Made by a program: the position numbers and the translations under genes. A stretch of DNA of 64,000 nt, from NCBI RefSeq assembly GCF_009914755.1, contig NC_060934.1; one strand, 5' to 3'. This document shows, piece after piece, positions 59,131-64,000 of this stretch (positions within the stretch are counted from its first letter, which is position 1; each line of letters opens with the position of its first letter). Source of the stretch: the human T2T-CHM13v2.0 reference genome, Homo sapiens. The notes under the pieces are model-generated. The model ran no database searches. It saw only the letters and a list, made by a program, of their open reading frames with translations, and was not told the origin of the DNA.

Positions 59131-59964
59131 TATATATTTTGCAAACAATAGCAAATCTAGAGGAAATTCTTTGAAGTAAGAAGCAGTGGTACTTAAAACT
59201 GGCTACTTGTATTTATCATCTCTGTTTCAGTTTTTTAAGAAATTCAAAATTTTTACAGAGAGTTGATAAAAACATTTGATGATTTGGGGTGCAGAGGAAG
59301 GATGGCTGGTATTTGAAAAATAAATAAATAAAGGCCTTCCTTGATTCTTAATGTTTAGACTGAAGGCTTCAGTGGAGCTTCTTCCTCAGCCTGAATTCCA
59401 GTGATAATGTGTCTGTTCTTGACATGAGCAATAACTGGAGTACTTAGGATTAAACAAAATATTAGATGTGCCGGGCCAGAGGAGGTGAGGAAAGTCTAAA
59501 GTGATAAGGTGCTAGTCAGCTCAGAGTGGCTGTTTTAGATAGTGTAATACAGCAGACTAGAAACTTGTCGGAAAGGAAAGGTACCAGGCAGGAGATAAAT
59601 GTACACCCACCTTAGCTAATGTAAGGAGCTGAAAACTCTATTTTGAATTTTTATCCTAAACATGGAAATAACATCCTTATGAGAAATTGAACACTAAATA
59701 GACATATTAAACCAATTTTGCTTATTGAGACATCTGTTCATTCATTTATTCAACAGCTATTTACTGAGTGGATACTTGGTAGTTTTTAGGCCTTAGAATT
59801 AACCCAAGACAAACTTGTGAGGTAGGAAGTTGCATTTCAGTCATCTCACTACTTTGCTCTTTCTTGAGACTTCAGCCTTCCCTTTCCTCCCTCAGGTTTT
59901 GGAGCTTAGAAATTAATAATATTAAAGCTTCAATGACAAGACTGTTTAAAATAAAAAATGGTTG

Positions 59965-60337
<373 letters not shown>

Positions 60338-60941
60338 TTAAGTTCTACTACTTGTAGGTAGGTGGAATTATTGTGTCCTTTGTATTGTTTTTGCTTTCCT
60401 GTCATAAGATATTCCTTGGTTTAATACCATAATAAATACATAAAAATACACATAAGAAACTAAACAATAAAAAGAATGTGTTAAATAATTTTTTTTTACC
60501 ATTTCAGGTTTTTTTTCTTTCTAATTCAGTTAATCAGTCCTGCTTTGCTTATTTGTCAAGGTTCTTCAACTTGCTTAAAAACTTTTTCAAATTGGTCAAA
60601 AATTAATCTTTCAAATTACTACAGGCTTACAAAACTTTTATGCACCATGCAAACATCATGAGATGTAGTATGGGAGGTAAGGAATATTTAACCTGCTTCA
60701 AACTTTAAGTATTGGACATTTGGATTGTTTTCCACTTTACCCCATTACCGACAAAGTGGAGCAGATATAACTGATTAATATTTTTAACCAACTATTTTGA
60801 CTTAAGTATCGAATTCCTTTGGGGTCTTGAAGGATATAATACACTATGAAAGAAAAGTAGAAGGTGCTGATGATACAACGAATTAGGAGGACCTATTTTG
60901 TCGTGGGAACTTTAGAGAAGACTTTTTGAAGAAGAGTCACA

Positions 60942-61580
60942 TGTCCTACCTCAATCAGTCTACAAGCGCAAGGAAACAACTTAGAGTTCGACAAAGTCAT
61001 ATTTATAGATTCATTGCAGTGAGGGAGATCACACACAGAACTGTGAGGCATCTCACTCACCAAACAAGGACAAGATAATCATTATAGGATTTGGGGGAAG
61101 AGTAGAGTTTGGGTGAGATTTAAATGAAACCATTTAAGTGGCTTTTAATGAACTCAAAGCAAATCAGGAGTCAACATCAGGTCTGGGCAGGATCCAGGGT
61201 TCTGCTTCCTTCAAAACTAGAAAGTTAAGACAGATATGGATTATTGTGTCCAGAAGCCCTTTTCTTAAGCTCTGTGGCTGGAATGGAAATGGAGGCTGAT
61301 TCTCTGTGTCAAAGTGTTTTAGAGTCTCCAAGACGCTATGATGTTTTATGTTATAATAATATAATTTCAAACGACAACGTTTCTTTTCTAATAGCATATA
61401 ATTTTAAAGAACAAAGTTTCTTAGCAAGTAAGAAAACAGTAATCACTCAAAGAATGGGGTTGTTATGAAGCTTTATCGCATGTCTTTGGGATAACTAGTT
61501 TCCCGTAAACTTTGCAGCTAGTTTTATCAATGTTTATTAATCCAGCTTGATGAGTGATGGAACAGATTTTTACTTTCTAA
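60942..61580 (-). mobile_element. Probable old ERV solo LTR
   Basis: ~640-bp unit with LTR-like composition interrupting L2-like sequence. Family not identified. Confidence 0.45.
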
Positions 61581-61759
61581 GTCCCAGCAAAAGCTTCCCC
61601 TAAAAAGAGAGAACCAACCAAGAGACAGGGGAAAATAACTTTCTGGAAAGAACAAAAAAACAAGCATGAAGGTTGTGAGCTGGTTCTGGACACATTTAAG
61701 ACCCTAAAAACCAATAGGACAATAACACAGGCAACAAATGATTTGAAATGATGGAGAGA

Positions 61760-62430
61760 TAGGGGCAGATCTTTCAGGAAGCTGCTAGCCTTAGTTAGGA
61801 TTTTGCATTTGATCAAAGAGTAGAGGGAAGTCACTAAAGGATTCTAATCAGGGGAATTACCGAATCTTCATCTTCTAAGATAGAGAATGCATTGTCATAG
61901 GCAATAGTGGAAGGTAGATGACCATTTGGAAAGTTGTTGCAAGAGAGGATGATAGTTTATACTAGGGTGGCAGCAGTAAAGAAGGCAGAAATGGAGAGAT
62001 TCAAGACAAAATTTTAGGTAGAATCAAATGGTCTTAGTGAGAGTTTGAATGTGTAACAGGAGGGAGATGGAGTCAGGGATAATATCCAGGTTCTGGCTTG
62101 AATATCCGAGTAGAAGGTGGCATCATTAGGATGTGGAAGACTGGAGGTGAGGCAGGATTGATGGAAAAGAACAAGTACAGCTGTAGACATCTTACATTTG
62201 TGCGGCATTTAAGTAAGAATGCCTTGAAAGCATTTGGGTATTTGGATCTGAGGTTGAGAAGAGAGGATTGAGTTGGTGCTAAATATGGAGTCATAAGTAT
62301 ATATTCAAAGCCATGGAAAAAAAAGTAGCACGAGAAGAGAAAAAGGATCAGGACCAAGTCTAAAGGAACTACCAAATCCAGAGGTGAACAGGAGGACAGG
62401 AGCCAGCAAGGAAGCCCAGGCACCATGAAG
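61760..62430. mobile_element. L2 fragment
   Basis: Purine-rich L2 motifs (ttttaggtagaatcaa..gg.cttagtga, ggagtcagggataa..ccaggtt, ggagtcat.ag.atata). Confidence 0.7.
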
Positions 62431-62667
62431 ATGGCTGAATTCACTTATGAAAAGTTTGGTTTGATGCTTTGATGTTAACTCAGTTGTACGTGTCATCAAT
62501 TTCTTAGAGAATCGAGAGCTGAAACATATTCTGAACTGCCTTCTATTTTTATTCACTGCTTTGTATTATCTGTAGTCATCTAGTTAGACAATTCCTTTCC
62601 TGAAATGCCTGTGATGGAAGCCAGGAAGCATTTATTTCTTTGTGAAGCATTTGGAAAATATAAACAT

Positions 62668-63335
<668 letters not shown>

Positions 63336-64000
63336 ATTTTTAATTTTATTTTAAGCCTATGTTCTAACCACATCATTTACCTGCAGGTCCTTGGATACAA
63401 TATGTACTTTTGAGTCTGAGTCTGTGCTCACGTTGTTCCTTCTGCTTAGAATGTTCTCTCTTTCCCCTTCTCTACCTAATCAAGTCCTACTTAACTTTTA
63501 AAACCCAGCTCTAGTGGCATGCTCCTCTCTGAGCCTTTTGTTGTTCTAATAAGGCGTAACTAATCACTCCTCCTAAATACACTCACAGTATCCAGCTCAT
63601 TCCATTAGTACAGATCTTTTCATGTTTTACTTCGCTAAGGTATAGACAAATATATCTGTCTCTACCATTGGACTATAAGGTTCTTAAGTGACCATGAGTT
63701 ATTCAACTTTACGTCCCTCATACAGAGAACAAATCTTGTTGAATTTACTTGCATGTAATTGGAGATGACATGGCAAAGAATAATGTGGATATACCCTGCT
63801 CAGCTTCAGATAAATGCTATGACATATGTAAACAAAATATTCAGCTGACTTTTAAACTTTACATCCAATTTTGACTTATATGGGATGTAAACTACATACA
63901 TGTACATATGCTTCAGACCTTTGAACATGCTGCTTTCTGTCTGGCATATGCCCCTATCTTCTCTCTCCCACAAGTCCACCCATCTCTCAATTTTAGTTTA

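Overview
Human/great-ape genomic DNA, dense in Alu, L1, MaLR and Tigger elements, most likely the chr10q22.3 segmental duplication. It holds one intact protein-coding gene, a 7-coding-exon NUT-family gene on the + strand. The CDS is join(34912..35293,37344..38043,40001..40129,41102..41241,41684..42066,42552..42668,43002..43787) = 2637 nt, 878 aa, all GT-AG introns. Its best match from memory is NUTM2B, but near-identical paralogs such as NUTM2E cannot be excluded by eye. About 20 kb upstream is a disabled BEND3 processed pseudogene (BEND3P3-like, ~14277-20201, apparently including the long 3'UTR). Between them lie a G-poor A/C-rich degenerate array, solo LTRs and a CpG island. The flanks (1-14 kb, 46-64 kb) are mostly old transposon debris. 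The most notable unexplained structure is a perfect 33-bp non-transposon inverted repeat between NUTM2 intron 2 and the start of intron 4. It brackets exons 3-4 and is a candidate long-range RNA duplex controlling skipping/NMD or circularisation. Other candidates: a perfect 23-bp-stem, 63-nt hairpin at 27294-27356; a fully open, phase-symmetric 336-nt orphan exon candidate at 24943-25278; a 30-bp triplication making three phased AP-1 sites; and several template-switch scars. All of these were read by eye, none is proven functional, and repeat subfamily names are approximate.
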